The notes under the pieces are model-generated. The model worked only from the letters and a program-made list of their open reading frames with translations. It did not search any database and was not told the DNA's origin. A DNA stretch of 64,000 bases, from contig CAVXWP010000009.1 of the NCBI GenBank assembly GCA_963765495.1, positions 1 through 64,000 of the forward strand. Reading direction: 5' to 3'. A program made the translations under genes and the position numbers. This document shows positions 9,771 to 19,761 of the stretch, piece by piece. The stretch's first letter is position 1. Every line of letters starts with the position of its first letter. The DNA comes from Blastocatellia bacterium (GTDB lineage: Bacteria > Acidobacteriota > Blastocatellia > UBA7656).

Positions 9771-9855
9771 GCCTAACTGCTCATTCCAGCGGACGCGCAT
9801 GCCACCGATTCATTATCCCTCCACCCACAGCGCGCCGCTGAACTCGTCGTTAGGC
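9771..9855 (+). repeat. attC site
   Basis: Host-type attC consensus. Confidence 0.93.
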
Positions 9856-9993
9856 TCTCTCGGTGACTTTGTATTCCTGCTTTGGGAACTTACGAATGTA
9901 TCTTTCTATGTCCGGTTTTTCCATCCATCTCCTTGATATTTGTCAGCTATTGGTATATACATGGGCTAAACATTTAGCAGGGGGAACAATTTT

Positions 9994-10236
9994 ATGGTTT
10001 CAAAGGTTCAACGATGGGGCAATAGTCAGGGTTTGAGGCTTCCAAAGCACATTTTAGAAAAAGCCGATATTTCTATTGGCGATAATGTTGAAATTTTCTT
10101 GGAAGATGAGTCCATTATCATAAGGAAAGCTCATAAACCTAAATTTGATTTAGCCGAAATGGTTTCACGTATGCCTCGTAATTACAAGGCCCAGGAGGAT
10201 TCGTTTGGCAAACCACTCGGTAAGGAAGAGTGGTAA
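9994..10236 (+). CDS. mazE: AbrB/MazE antitoxin
   Basis: VQRWGNSQGLRLPK and FGKPLGKEEW motifs. Confidence 0.92.
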   Translation: MVSKVQRWGNSQGLRLPKHILEKADISIGDNVEIFLEDESIIIRKAHKPKFDLAEMVSRMPRNYKAQEDSFGKPLGKEEW

Positions 10237-10572
10237 ATGGCAAAATATATACCGCAGAAAGGAGACTTTATTGCCATTTCATTCGACCCACAATCAGGAC
10301 ACGAACAAAAAGGAAGGCGTCCTGCATTGGTGGTCAGCAACTATTTGTTCAATAAACACACTGGGCTAGCAATGGTTTGCCCCATTACCAATACGAATAG
10401 AAGAATCCCATTTCATCTACCTCTTCCTACTACATCGACACTCACAGGATTCGTCATGATAGACCAACTCAAATCTGTAGATTACAGCGCGAGAAAAGCG
10501 AAATTCATCGAAAGAGCACCAGAAGAGCTCTTAAGTGATGTTCTTGAAGTGATTGAAGTTTGTATCAAATAA
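10237..10572 (+). CDS. mazF: PemK/MazF toxin
   Basis: FDPQSGHEQKGRRPALVVS and DQLKSVDY motifs. Confidence 0.93.
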   Translation: MAKYIPQKGDFIAISFDPQSGHEQKGRRPALVVSNYLFNKHTGLAMVCPITNTNRRIPFHLPLPTTSTLTGFVMIDQLKSVDYSARKAKFIERAPEELLSDVLEVIEVCIK

Positions 10573-10582
10573 AGGATCAAGC

Positions 10583-11788
10583 CTGAAGGATGGACACATT
10601 TTATAAAGCAGCCTCCAAGTTGAGTTTCGTTTGAGGAGAAAGATGCTCAAACAAACTTTTATCCAATTTGAGCAAGCTGACCATCGCACTCACCAGGCTC
10701 AGATTCCAGCCTTGTTTGCGCCGCAACGCCACTCGTCGCAGCAATCCAAAAGCTCCCTTCGCTCCTCGCACCAGCAATTTCATCCCCAGCACGACGACGA
10801 TCATCAAGGCGATTGCAAACAGCGCGAACATCCTTGACCACGCCTGCACCGCTTCGATGCGGGCTTGCGAAAAGCCCAACTCCCATTTCACGTCACGAAA
10901 TCCTTGCTCACAGCCGAAGCGTCTGGCGTATTCCTCAGCCGCATGCTTTCCACGATGCCTGCGGTTAGAGAGCAGATACCAAATCTCCCACTTGCCTTCT
11001 CGGTTTCGTGCCCGGCTCATCGTCACAAAGAGTCGGTGCGGCGACGACTCGCAATACTGCACTCGGCCAAAATTGCGTTGTCGGGCATTGCTGCAAAACC
11101 TCATAGTCTTGAGATTGCGCCACACTCCTTGAAAGAAGATTTTGGTGCTGTTTTTGACCCGGATGATGTATTCAACCCCCAAGTCTTCAAACAATTGCGC
11201 CAACTTCACATCGGCAAAGCCGCGATCTGCTGTAACGCGCAGACGGCGACGGCTCAGACGCTTCTTGAAGCCGCCAATGACACGCTTGATGACCGCCATT
11301 TCATAACGCCGCATACGTCCTTTCAAGACCTTGGCCGAATAGGCCCGCCAATAAATCGGCAAGGCGCGCCCGCCTGTCACAAGCGAGACAACCAGCAAAT
11401 GATGGTCGCCTTCAATCGTCCAATCAATGGCCAATCGCAGTTTGCCGCTTCTAGGCAACTGCTTGATGGCTTGCAAGAAGACCGCCTCGGCGAGGTCGTT
11501 TGGCGACAATCGCTGATTATGAAGCAAGCGCGAGAGGCGCTTAACAGCGGCTTCCTGATTGCCAAATTGGCGTGCCAGTTGCGCCTGATTGCCAGTCTGT
11601 TGTTCAATGATGGCGGCGACGAAATCAATAATGGCTTTGCGTTGATGACCGTGCGCCCAAGGAAGCAGCGCAGTGATATAATCAGTCAAACGAGTAGCGG
11701 AAGATTCTTTGTTTGTCATAAAACAAATCTTCCACAAGTGCATAACTTGTCGCTACTCGTTCACTTACAATATGTGTCCATCCTTCAG
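10583..11788 (-). mobile_element. IS4-family element (IS10-like)
   Basis: Inverted repeats CTGAAGGATGGACACAT / ATGTGTCCATCCTTCAG. The 9-bp TSD GGATCAAGC overlaps the attC R'' box. Confidence 0.9.
10601..11743 (-). CDS. IS4-family transposase
   Basis: LAIDWT, ADRGF and YARRFGCEQGFRDVK (YREK) motifs. Confidence 0.9.
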   Translation of the reverse strand: MHLWKICFMTNKESSATRLTDYITALLPWAHGHQRKAIIDFVAAIIEQQTGNQAQLARQFGNQEAAVKRLSRLLHNQRLSPNDLAEAVFLQAIKQLPRSGKLRLAIDWTIEGDHHLLVVSLVTGGRALPIYWRAYSAKVLKGRMRRYEMAVIKRVIGGFKKRLSRRRLRVTADRGFADVKLAQLFEDLGVEYIIRVKNSTKIFFQGVWRNLKTMRFCSNARQRNFGRVQYCESSPHRLFVTMSRARNREGKWEIWYLLSNRRHRGKHAAEEYARRFGCEQGFRDVKWELGFSQARIEAVQAWSRMFALFAIALMIVVVLGMKLLVRGAKGAFGLLRRVALRRKQGWNLSLVSAMVSLLKLDKSLFEHLSPQTKLNLEAAL

Positions 11789-11795
11789 GGATCAA

Positions 11796-11880
11796 GCCTA
11801 ACTGTTCATTCCAGCGGACGCGCACACCACCGTTTCATTATCCCTCTGACTACAGCGCGCCGCTGAACTCGTCGTTAGGC
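11796..11880 (+). repeat. attC site
   Basis: Host-type attC consensus. Confidence 0.93.
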
Positions 11881-12235
11881 GTCAGATCACCGATTGAGAG
11901 GGAGACGACTCGCCAAACAGTGATGGAAAAACATGCTCAGGTGAGTCATCGCCAGGACAGCCACCTGCTCGCTTCTCTCTTCTCTTGTTCCTTCATAGGA
12001 TGTTTCTTCCAAAGGATTATTCACTCTGGCTCAATGATAATGCTGCCTCGAAAAGATACCTTCGCAGCACAACCACCTGTTGAGGCAAGGGGTAGAGAAG
12101 CCTGAATGGGAAGGACAAAGCTTGCACATCAAGCTGCTTCCTTGGCAATGACAGGAAAAGCTGTCTCAGAAAGTGAGACTGAAAATAGGAGGATCAGGGT
12201 CAGCCAAGCGCAAGAAATGAAACAGGCAAGGGGCC
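11881..12235 (+). other. ORF-less cassette, family I
   Basis: Family motifs; closely similar to 29024-29378. Confidence 0.8.
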
Positions 12236-12320
12236 GCCTAACCGCTCAATCAACCGGACCCGCATACCACCGTTTCATTATCCCTCCGACCACAGCGGGC
12301 CGGTTATCTCGTCGTTAGGC
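12236..12320 (+). repeat. attC site
   Basis: Type-2 host attC consensus. Confidence 0.93.
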
Positions 12321-12385
12321 AACTCAATGACTCCTCGCCAAAGCGATTTATCATAAGTTACAATCCCTAAACGGAGTATCGTTAT

Positions 12386-12682
12386 ATGAGTCTTAAGAAG
12401 CCCTTAATATTCGAGACAACTTTCTCCACCTTTACTGCAACCGAAATCGTCGGTGAAGGCGGTTCTGGCCGGGTTTACAAAGCAAGTGATGAAGGTGGAT
12501 CAATATTCGCAATAAAGTTGCTCGATCCGTCAAGAGCAAACAAGGAAAAACTAAAGCGATTCAAGAACGAGTTGCTCTTCGGTCAGAAGAACAAACACCC
12601 CAATATCATCACTGTCTTAGATAACGGTATCTATAAGGAGGCGAAAAAGAAATCTCCTTTTTATCTCGACTTTAGACAAAAG
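12386..12682 (+). pseudogene. Ser/Thr protein kinase, N-lobe only, truncated at an IS1-like element
   Basis: VGEGGSGRVYKA, AIKLL, RFKNE and HPNIITVLDNG motifs; the C-lobe is absent. Confidence 0.85.
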
Positions 12683-13570
12683 GGTAGCTCCACAGTAAAA
12701 CGTGGAGATGTGGGTTTTGCATAAAACGAGGGTCCAAAGATAATCCTTTTTGATCATATAAACGGAAAGGAGTATTGCTTTGGACCCGCTGAGTGTATTT
12801 TGTCCGAATATGAGTTGTCCGGCCAGAGGCAAAACCAACGAAGGTAACATCGGCGTCCACTCGCTTAAACAACGCCGCTACAAGTGCTCTCTGTGCCAAA
12901 AGACCTTTGCCCAAACCAAAGGCACGCCTTTTTATCGCCTGCACCACGCGCCAGAGTTGGTTACCAGAGTCGTCACCTTGCTGGCTTTTGGTTGCCCGCC
13001 GCAAGCCATTGTCGCCGCTTTCGACCTTGATGAGCGTACCGTCGCCAGTTGGCGAGATCGCGCCGCTGCGCATGGCCAGGCGATTCAGCAGCAGTTGGTC
13101 GAGGTGCCGCGTGATCTCGGCCAGGTGCAGATGGATGAAATCAGAGTCAAACAACAAGGTCGCATCAGTTGGATGGCCTTGGCCCTGATGGTAAGTACCC
13201 GGCTGTGGTTGGGCGGCGCCGTCAGCCTCAGTCGCGATGCGACATTGATTACTCATTTGGTTGAGAAAGTCCGTGCTTGTGCAAGCGCCTTGTCTACGGG
13301 TTTGTTGTTTTGCACGGATGGCTTGAAGAGCTATATTAGCGCCATTCGCTCGGTTTTTCGGGAAGGGGTGCCGACCGGCGAGGTTGGGCGTCCTCGTCAA
13401 CAAGCCTGGAAGAAGATATTCATGGCGCAGTCGGTCAAGCAATACGAGCAAGGACGGATGACCGGCATTGATCGCCGCATCATGGCCGGTGAGGAAACCG
13501 ACATTGAGCAAATGCTTGAGCGGACGCAAGGCGGCGGGGTGATCAATACGGCGTTCATCGAACGGTTTAA

Positions 13571-14113
13571 TCTTAGGGGGTCTAATTCCCCGCAGCTTGC
13601 TGCGGTATACTTGCGCGAGTGAGCAAGTATATTCGCAAGAAACATAATGTATCCGTACTTATGTACCACATCGTCTGTCCAGCGAAGTATCGGCGAGTCG
13701 TATTCAGCAAAGAAGTAGACCAGAAGCTGAAAGAGACTTGCCTTGAAATTAGCAAACGGTACGAAATCCATTTTCTGGAAATCGGCACCGATAATGACCA
13801 CGTCCATTTTCTGGTGCAATCGGTGCCAACATACAGCCCGAAAAAGATCGTGCAAGTTATCAAAAGCATCACAGCGAGAGAAATCTTTGCCGCCTGCCCC
13901 GAAGTGAAGAAGAAACTCTGGGGAGGAGAGTTTTGGACGGATGGATACTTCATCAACACAGTAGGAAAACATGGAAACGAAGAAGTGATCAAGAAATACA
14001 TCCAAAACCAAGGCAAAGAGTCAAACTATGAAATCTTGCACAAGAGTCAGATGAGGGACGAGCGACAACTCGATCTCTTCTGATACCCCGCAGCAAGCTG
14101 CGGGGTAGTTCAT
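13571..14113 (+). mobile_element. IS200-type element
   Basis: Terminal hairpins CCCCGCAGCTTGCTGCGG / CCCCGCAGCAAGCTGCGGGG; inserted after TTTAA with no TSD. Confidence 0.88.
13619..14083 (+). CDS. tnpA: IS200/IS605 Y1 transposase
   Basis: YHIVCPAKYRR, DHVHFL (HUH), LWGGEFWTDGY and YIQNQ motifs. Confidence 0.95.
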   Translation: MSKYIRKKHNVSVLMYHIVCPAKYRRVVFSKEVDQKLKETCLEISKRYEIHFLEIGTDNDHVHFLVQSVPTYSPKKIVQVIKSITAREIFAACPEVKKKLWGGEFWTDGYFINTVGKHGNEEVIKKYIQNQGKESNYEILHKSQMRDERQLDLF

Positions 14114-14556
14114 TGCGACCTTTCGGCAATCTCTGTCGACGCTGGTGAGGCGGGGACGCGGCTTGGCGCGGCAAAGCCGTACACTGGAAATGGGGATGTA
14201 TCTGGTGGGAGTGATCTACAACTTCTGCTGTGAGCATGAAAGCCTGCGACTGCCGGGATTGGTCGGCGGGCACAAATGGCTTGAGCGGACACCGGCGATG
14301 GCCGCCGGTATCACAGATCATTGTTGGAGCGTCAGGGAATTGTTGTCGTATCACGTCGCGCCATCTCCATGGCAGCCGCCCAAGCGCCGAGGACGAGTTT
14401 CTACAGCCACCAAACAACTGATCGCGAGGTGGTGTCAATGACCACCTTTAACTGCGGAGCTACCCTTTACCATGAGTCTGGTATTAATTCAGTCTGTTCT
14501 AATCATTATCATTTTTCCTTCATACCTATATGATGTTTGGCTGAGGAATCATTCTA

Positions 14557-15170
14557 TGAATCGAGTAGAGGCAAGAAATTTAGCGACCCGGCTCTCTGCA
14601 ACTGATACTGAATCTGCTCTATCGGTTGCTGGCCAGATCAATGATGCTTGGTTTGGTTGCCAATCGCTTGCTTGGGTAGCGCGCTTTGCCCCAGAAGATC
14701 AAGTCATTGAGATTGTTAAGTTCGCACTCAATAAGGCAAGTCAGGCGAAAGACCCTTTCAATTATGTAGGTGCTGCGGCTTGGGCCGTTCGTGCTCTCAT
14801 CGAGAGGGGACATCTAAAAGAAGTTGATGAGGTAGTAGTACAGCTATTACATCGAGCACCCGATATTGTTCTCTATGCAAGTAGGTCCGAGGCATTATTC
14901 TTGCTGTTTCAGGCTGTGCGTCCTTGTCCCTTGAAAATGTGGCACAAAATCTTTGAAGCATTAGTAGAAGCCTCAAGCCCAATATTTAGCTGGCGGCAAG
15001 GAAGAAATCTACGTGATGCGCTATTAATGATTGCAGGAGAGTATCCCAAAATGGCAGAGGAGGTGCTTAACAATATTGCAGATGAAAAGCTCAAGCGACA
15101 CATCCAACGTAGATTTGACGCAAAGGAGTTCGTAACACCAAGGCAGTTTTTTTGGAACAAGGACGTTTAA
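14557..15170 (+). CDS. Hypothetical alpha-helical protein (cassette)
   Basis: GAGG RBS before ATG 14557; ends just before the attC R'' at 15199. Confidence 0.65.
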
Positions 15171-15207
15171 GAATTCAGCTACAGTGAGCATAGGCTGGGC
15201 CTAACTG

Positions 15208-16691
15208 CAATACCTGTCAAATAAGCCACGAGACGGCATTTATGGCATACTTTCGAGTTGATAGAAACGAAAGTTGTCAAGGAGCCGCCTCGCTTGAGTT
15301 ACAAAATACGCCATATTACCGATGAACGAAAGTTCTGTGATCATCTCTCTATTGATGCCATCTCTGATGCCGTCTCTATTGAATTAATCCAAGAGGTTCT
15401 TGATCTCCACAATGCCTCTCACAAACGACATCGCAAACTCACTATGAGCGCTGTCGTGCTCATTATCATCGCTATGAATCTGTTTTCACATTTCTCTATT
15501 GGACATGTCGTGCGGAGAGTCTTTCAGGGTTTGCGTTTCATCTGGCCTGATCCTGACTTTCCTCCTCCTAAACACAATGCAATATCTTATCGTCGTTACC
15601 AGTTGGGGCCTCGTCCTTTAGTCTCATTGTTTCATCGTGTTGCACAACCTATGGCAACAGATGAAACTCGTGGCGCTTTTGCATTTGGACTGCGATTAAT
15701 GGCCCTTGACGGCTCTATTGAAGAAGCCCCGGACACTCCGGAAAATGATGCTGCTTTTGGGCGGTTGGCTTCTGATCGCGGGAAGTGTTGCTTCGTGCAA
15801 ATTCAGGCTGTCTACCTTGTAGAATGTGGCACTCATGCCATTATTGATGCAGGATTTTGGCCTGCAAAAAGCAGTGAACGAGTTGGAGGTTTTCGCCTGC
15901 TAAGAAGCCTGGGAAAAGGGATGCTTTTGATGTGGGATAGAGGCTTTCACTCCTATGATATGGTAGTTGCGACACTTGAGCGAGGGTCTCAATGTCTTGG
16001 TAGATTGCCTGACAATGTGAAACCGGAACACCTTTGCACGCTAGAAGATGGAACGTGGTTAGGCTATATCAGACCAACACAAAAAGGACGGCGAAATAAA
16101 GAAGACAAACAGTTGGTTCGGATAATCTCTTACACTTTTACAGACCCGACCCAAGCAGGATACCAGAAGAGATACCGCATAGTCACAACACTATTGGATG
16201 AAAGGAAGTATCCGGCCAAAGAGTTGGTGTGTTTGTATCACGAGCGATGGGAAATCGAGATAGTCATAGATGAGATAGATACACATCAACGACTAGCAGG
16301 AAGGCCATTGAGAAGCCTAAAACCAGAGGGAGTCATACAAGAGTTATACGCATTATTGATAGCGCATTATGCAGTAAGAAAACTGATACACGAAGCAGCA
16401 AATGAGGCAGAAGTAGACCCGGATCGGATAAGTTTTGTAGGAGCATTGAGGATAATCCAAGAAGCAATACCAGAATTCCAAATGGTAGAAAAGGAGCAAA
16501 AGGAGCAATTATACAAGAGGCTATTGAGAGATATAGGAGAGCAAAGGTTACCAGAAAGGCGAGCCAGATCGAATCCGCGAGTAGTGAAGAGAAAGATGAG
16601 TGGGTTCAATCTGAAGCGACCACAGCATTACAACTGGCCCAAGCCACAGCTACGATTTTGTGATGCTATTTTGCTTATTTGACAGGTATTG
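15208..16691 (+). mobile_element. IS4-family element, copy 1
   Basis: Inverted repeats CAATACCTGTCAAATAAGC; the 10-bp TSD GGCCTAACTG is the attC R'' box. Confidence 0.92.
15258..16682 (+). CDS. IS4-family transposase
   Basis: ALDGS, WDRGF and LYHERWEIE motifs; R.NPRVVKRK tail. Confidence 0.92.
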   Translation: MIETKVVKEPPRLSYKIRHITDERKFCDHLSIDAISDAVSIELIQEVLDLHNASHKRHRKLTMSAVVLIIIAMNLFSHFSIGHVVRRVFQGLRFIWPDPDFPPPKHNAISYRRYQLGPRPLVSLFHRVAQPMATDETRGAFAFGLRLMALDGSIEEAPDTPENDAAFGRLASDRGKCCFVQIQAVYLVECGTHAIIDAGFWPAKSSERVGGFRLLRSLGKGMLLMWDRGFHSYDMVVATLERGSQCLGRLPDNVKPEHLCTLEDGTWLGYIRPTQKGRRNKEDKQLVRIISYTFTDPTQAGYQKRYRIVTTLLDERKYPAKELVCLYHERWEIEIVIDEIDTHQRLAGRPLRSLKPEGVIQELYALLIAHYAVRKLIHEAANEAEVDPDRISFVGALRIIQEAIPEFQMVEKEQKEQLYKRLLRDIGEQRLPERRARSNPRVVKRKMSGFNLKRPQHYNWPKPQLRFCDAILLI

Positions 16692-16692
16692 G

Positions 16693-16777
16693 GCCTAACT
16701 GCTCATTCCAGCGGACGCGCTTGCCACCGATTCATTATCCCGCTACTACCAGCGCGCCGCTGAACTCGTCGTTAGGC
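16693..16777 (+). repeat. attC site
   Basis: Host-type attC consensus. Confidence 0.93.
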
Positions 16778-16855
16778 ATTTGAAGTAATCCCTTCCGGCA
16801 AAACATTCTGAATTCTGTCTTCCTTTATGATAAGATTCGTCCTTGAGGTACTCTT

Positions 16856-17405
16856 ATGACAATGACCATCCAAACAATTTCAGCAGAAGATTTATTGAAA
16901 AAGCCGAACGATGGATTTCGCTATGAACTTATCGAAGGAGAGTTGAGAAAAATGTCACCGGCAGGACAAAAGCACGGTCGGATTGCAGCCACTATTACAG
17001 GCTCAATTGTTCCTCATACAAGAAAAAATAAATTAGGCGCTGTCTACGCCGCAGAGACAGGTTTTTTGATTCAAAAAAATCCTGACACGGTTAGAGCACC
17101 TGATGTTGCATTTGTTTCTCAGGAACGCCTCAATGAAGTCGGCGAAGTTGATGGATATTGGCCTGGGGCACCTGACTTAGTTATTGAAGTTATTTCACCA
17201 AGCGATACTTATACAGAAGTAGAAGAGAAGGTCTTTGAGTGGTTAAAGGCCGGAGTGCGTATGGTGATAGTAGTCAATTCTAAAAGCGAATTACAACCGT
17301 CTATCACTCCTTAACGGACATTGCCATCCTAACTGAGGATGATTATCTGGATGGGGGAGATGTAATTCCGGGTTGGAAATTGGGAGTAAAAGAGCTCTTC
17401 GAATA
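16856..17405 (+). CDS. Uma2 family endonuclease (frameshift near 17285, possibly a sequencing error)
   Basis: RYELIEGEL, VRAPDVAFV and APDLVIEVISPSD motifs; the C-terminus LDGGDVIPGW..VKELFE* is in a shifted frame. Confidence 0.85.
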
Positions 17406-17443
17406 AGGGTCGTATATTGAGCTATCAGATGGATTCGGGTTCT

Positions 17444-17528
17444 GCCTAACTGCTCATTCCAGCGGACGCGCTTGCCAACTGCTCAGTTGAAGCCAATCCA
17501 CAGCGCGCCGCTGAACTCGTCGTTAGGC
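17444..17528 (+). repeat. attC site
   Basis: Host-type attC consensus. Confidence 0.93.
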
Positions 17529-17604
17529 AACTTCCAGTAGTCGCAATAAGTGAAAAATGCTATCCTTCATATCGTAATGGTCTGATCTTTTTTCGGAGCG
17601 ATTT

Positions 17605-17829
17605 ATGTCAAACACGATTGAGAGAATTACAGTAAATCCTGAGCAATGCGGAGGCCGACCTTGTATTCGCGGCATGAGAATAAGGGTTATCGATGTGCTA
17701 GATTTGTTCGCGGCGGGATTGAGTGCGGAACAAATTCTGGAAGAATTGCCTGATCTTGAGATGGATGATTTGAAAGCTTCTCTTAATTATGCCGCTCGTC
17801 GTTTGGATCACCCTGTGTTGGCAGCATGA
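17605..17829 (+). CDS. DUF433 antitoxin-like protein
   Basis: RITVNPEQCGGRPCIRGMRIRV motif. Confidence 0.92.
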   Translation: MSNTIERITVNPEQCGGRPCIRGMRIRVIDVLDLFAAGLSAEQILEELPDLEMDDLKASLNYAARRLDHPVLAA

Positions 17830-18164
17830 CTATTTGGATTGATGCACAACTATCGCCTGCAATTGCAGACTGGATCACGCTAGAGTGCGCTGTAACTGCG
17901 GTTGCGCTTCGTGATTTAGGGCTGCGTGACGCAACAGACAGGGAAATATTCTTTGTGGCCAGAGATGCAAACGCCATTGTCATGACCAAAGATAGCGATT
18001 TCGTGAGATTACTTGAGCAGAATGGTCCCCCACCCAAAGTCATATGGCTGAGATGCGGGAACACATCCAATGCTCGTCTGAAGGAAATACTAACTGCGAC
18101 ATTAGAAAAGGCGCTTGAACTCTTACAGGGAAGAGAGCACCTAGTGGAGATAAGCGCAGCCTAA
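17826..18164 (+). CDS. DUF5615 PIN-like toxin
   Basis: IWIDAQLSP, TKDSDF and PPKVIWLRCGN motifs; the stop lies in the attC R'' box. Confidence 0.9.
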   Translation: MTIWIDAQLSPAIADWITLECAVTAVALRDLGLRDATDREIFFVARDANAIVMTKDSDFVRLLEQNGPPPKVIWLRCGNTSNARLKEILTATLEKALELLQGREHLVEISAA

Positions 18165-18243
18165 CTGCTCATTCCAGCGGACGCGCATACCACCTATTCA
18201 TTATCCCGCTACTACTGGCGCGCCGCTGATCTCGTCGTTATGC
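18159..18243 (+). repeat. attC site
   Basis: GCCTAAC...GTTATGC. Confidence 0.92.
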
Positions 18244-18279
18244 CCCTTGAGTCGCAACTTTCGGCTCAGTGGAAGAGTT

Positions 18280-18687
18280 ATGAAATACGCCTTTATTCTT
18301 TTGCTGATACTAATGCAACTGTCCTGTGAGCCTATGCCGGAGGTCAGGGTTATGGATAATGAGCCGCCGCAATTCAAGCTAGGCGGGAGAACTGACACGC
18401 TAATCTTTTCCGTCTGTTGTAAAGACGGGACCGTACCGAAAGGACAAGAGAGCTATATCTGGGAGGTGAGAAACACGTCCGATCTAAGAGTAAAGATGCC
18501 GATCGAAGTAACCTATGGCGTCATCCCGACAGGCTTTCACCAGATTACTCCGCCTGAAGATAAGCCGCCCCCATCATTAGAATCCGGAAGGAAGTACAGC
18601 TATTGGGCGCAGGGAATATATGGGGCAAAAGTCGGCTGCTTTGAGATAAGAGATGGAAAGGCCAAGGAGGTGGCTTGTGATCAGTAA
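18280..18687 (+). CDS. Putative lipoprotein (cassette)
   Basis: Signal peptide with lipobox-like LSC. Confidence 0.75.
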   Translation: MKYAFILLLILMQLSCEPMPEVRVMDNEPPQFKLGGRTDTLIFSVCCKDGTVPKGQESYIWEVRNTSDLRVKMPIEVTYGVIPTGFHQITPPEDKPPPSLESGRKYSYWAQGIYGAKVGCFEIRDGKAKEVACDQ

Positions 18688-18714
18688 GAAGAAGACAAAA
18701 TGCCCAACGAAGGG

Positions 18715-18806
18715 GCATAACAATGCGTTGCAGCGGAGGCCACGAAGCGCAACTCTCATGCGCTCTTTGAGTGCCGCTCGTGGCCCCGCTGAATTCGTCG
18801 TTAGGC
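18715..18806 (+). repeat. attC site (non-host type)
   Basis: GCATAAC...GCAGCGGAGGCCACG...CGTGGCCCCGCTG...GTTAGGC. Confidence 0.88.
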
Positions 18807-18855
18807 GCAGCAACGATGGCAAATCTGAAACCTGTTCGTTAGAATGGGTATTGAT

Positions 18856-19740
18856 ATGACTCGTATTAGAATCATTTGGGCTTTTATTAGTTTGACTATT
18901 ATTGTATCCGGTCTGTTTACTCCTCCAATCGGCTACTGCCAGAACACTGACCGCGTCTTTCCGAAACTGCTTATGACTTACTACAATCCCGATCCGAGTT
19001 GCGAGTTGAATGCTGCACTAGATTTACTAGCCGTTGAATTGAGCCAAGACTCGAATCTGTATGGATACCTTATTGTCTATCGTGGCTACAACAACCCTCA
19101 GAGTTCCTCCCACAAGTTTAATCCTCCAGGTCTTTTTTATAGGCATTCGTTCGGAGTGATGAACTATCTTTTAACTGAAAGGTCAATTCCGAATGAGCAA
19201 ATCGAAATAGTTTACGGAGGGTTGCGCAAGGAATTCCAAACAGAAGTTTGGTTAACTACTAAAGGTGGAAGGTTGCCCGAATTCAACACAACAGATCACA
19301 CAGAGAATGCAAAAGGAAAGCAACAAGAACTGTTCGATGAGTACATCTACAATTCAGAGAACGAAATGGCTGTCTATTTTGACTCCCCCGCCAAGCTAGG
19401 TGGATTTGCAAATGCACTTTCTAGTGATCCTGATTCTATCGGCTACATCATCGGATATGGGCAGTGTTTGGATATAGGCGAGAGGCAGCTAATTAGTAGA
19501 GATGGGAAAGCTGATTATGTCAGCCGAAGATACCAAGAGTGTGATCCCACAAACACAGCAAAAAGGATTGCGGAAGCCGAAAAAGCTACTCTGACTGACT
19601 TCTATGGGATATCCCCATCAAGGGTAAGAGTGATAAATGGTGGGTATCGAAATTCACAGATGATAGAGTTGTGGAAAGTTCAAAAGGACGGAGAAATTCC
19701 AGAATTGACCCCAAGTGTCTATCGTCTAAAGGACAAATGA
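18856..19740 (+). CDS. Secreted protein with two repeated domains (cassette)
   Basis: Signal peptide; duplicated LD.LA..L..D....GY.I.Y...GG.R....ELW units. Confidence 0.75.
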   Translation: MTRIRIIWAFISLTIIVSGLFTPPIGYCQNTDRVFPKLLMTYYNPDPSCELNAALDLLAVELSQDSNLYGYLIVYRGYNNPQSSSHKFNPPGLFYRHSFGVMNYLLTERSIPNEQIEIVYGGLRKEFQTEVWLTTKGGRLPEFNTTDHTENAKGKQQELFDEYIYNSENEMAVYFDSPAKLGGFANALSSDPDSIGYIIGYGQCLDIGERQLISRDGKADYVSRRYQECDPTNTAKRIAEAEKATLTDFYGISPSRVRVINGGYRNSQMIELWKVQKDGEIPELTPSVYRLKDK

Positions 19741-19761
19741 GGTCGCAAGCTGAGAGCCGCG

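Larger units (their letters stand above)
12780..14441 (+). pseudogene. IS1-like transposase split by IS200
   Basis: N-terminal zinc finger, QMDE, TDG and NTAFIERFN|ATFRQ...TPAMAAGITD; the frame is restored on removing 13571-14113. Confidence 0.82.
12683..14464 (+). mobile_element. IS1-family element interrupted by IS200
   Basis: Inverted repeats GGTAGCTCCACAGTAAAACGTGG / CCACCTTTAACTGCGGAGCTACC; no TSD. Confidence 0.8.

Noticed and set aside
10865-11866. Long antisense ORFs over transposases and core genes (e.g. 10865+, 20889-, 56558-, 63032+)
   Set aside because: They are shadow frames of well-supported genes on the opposite strand.
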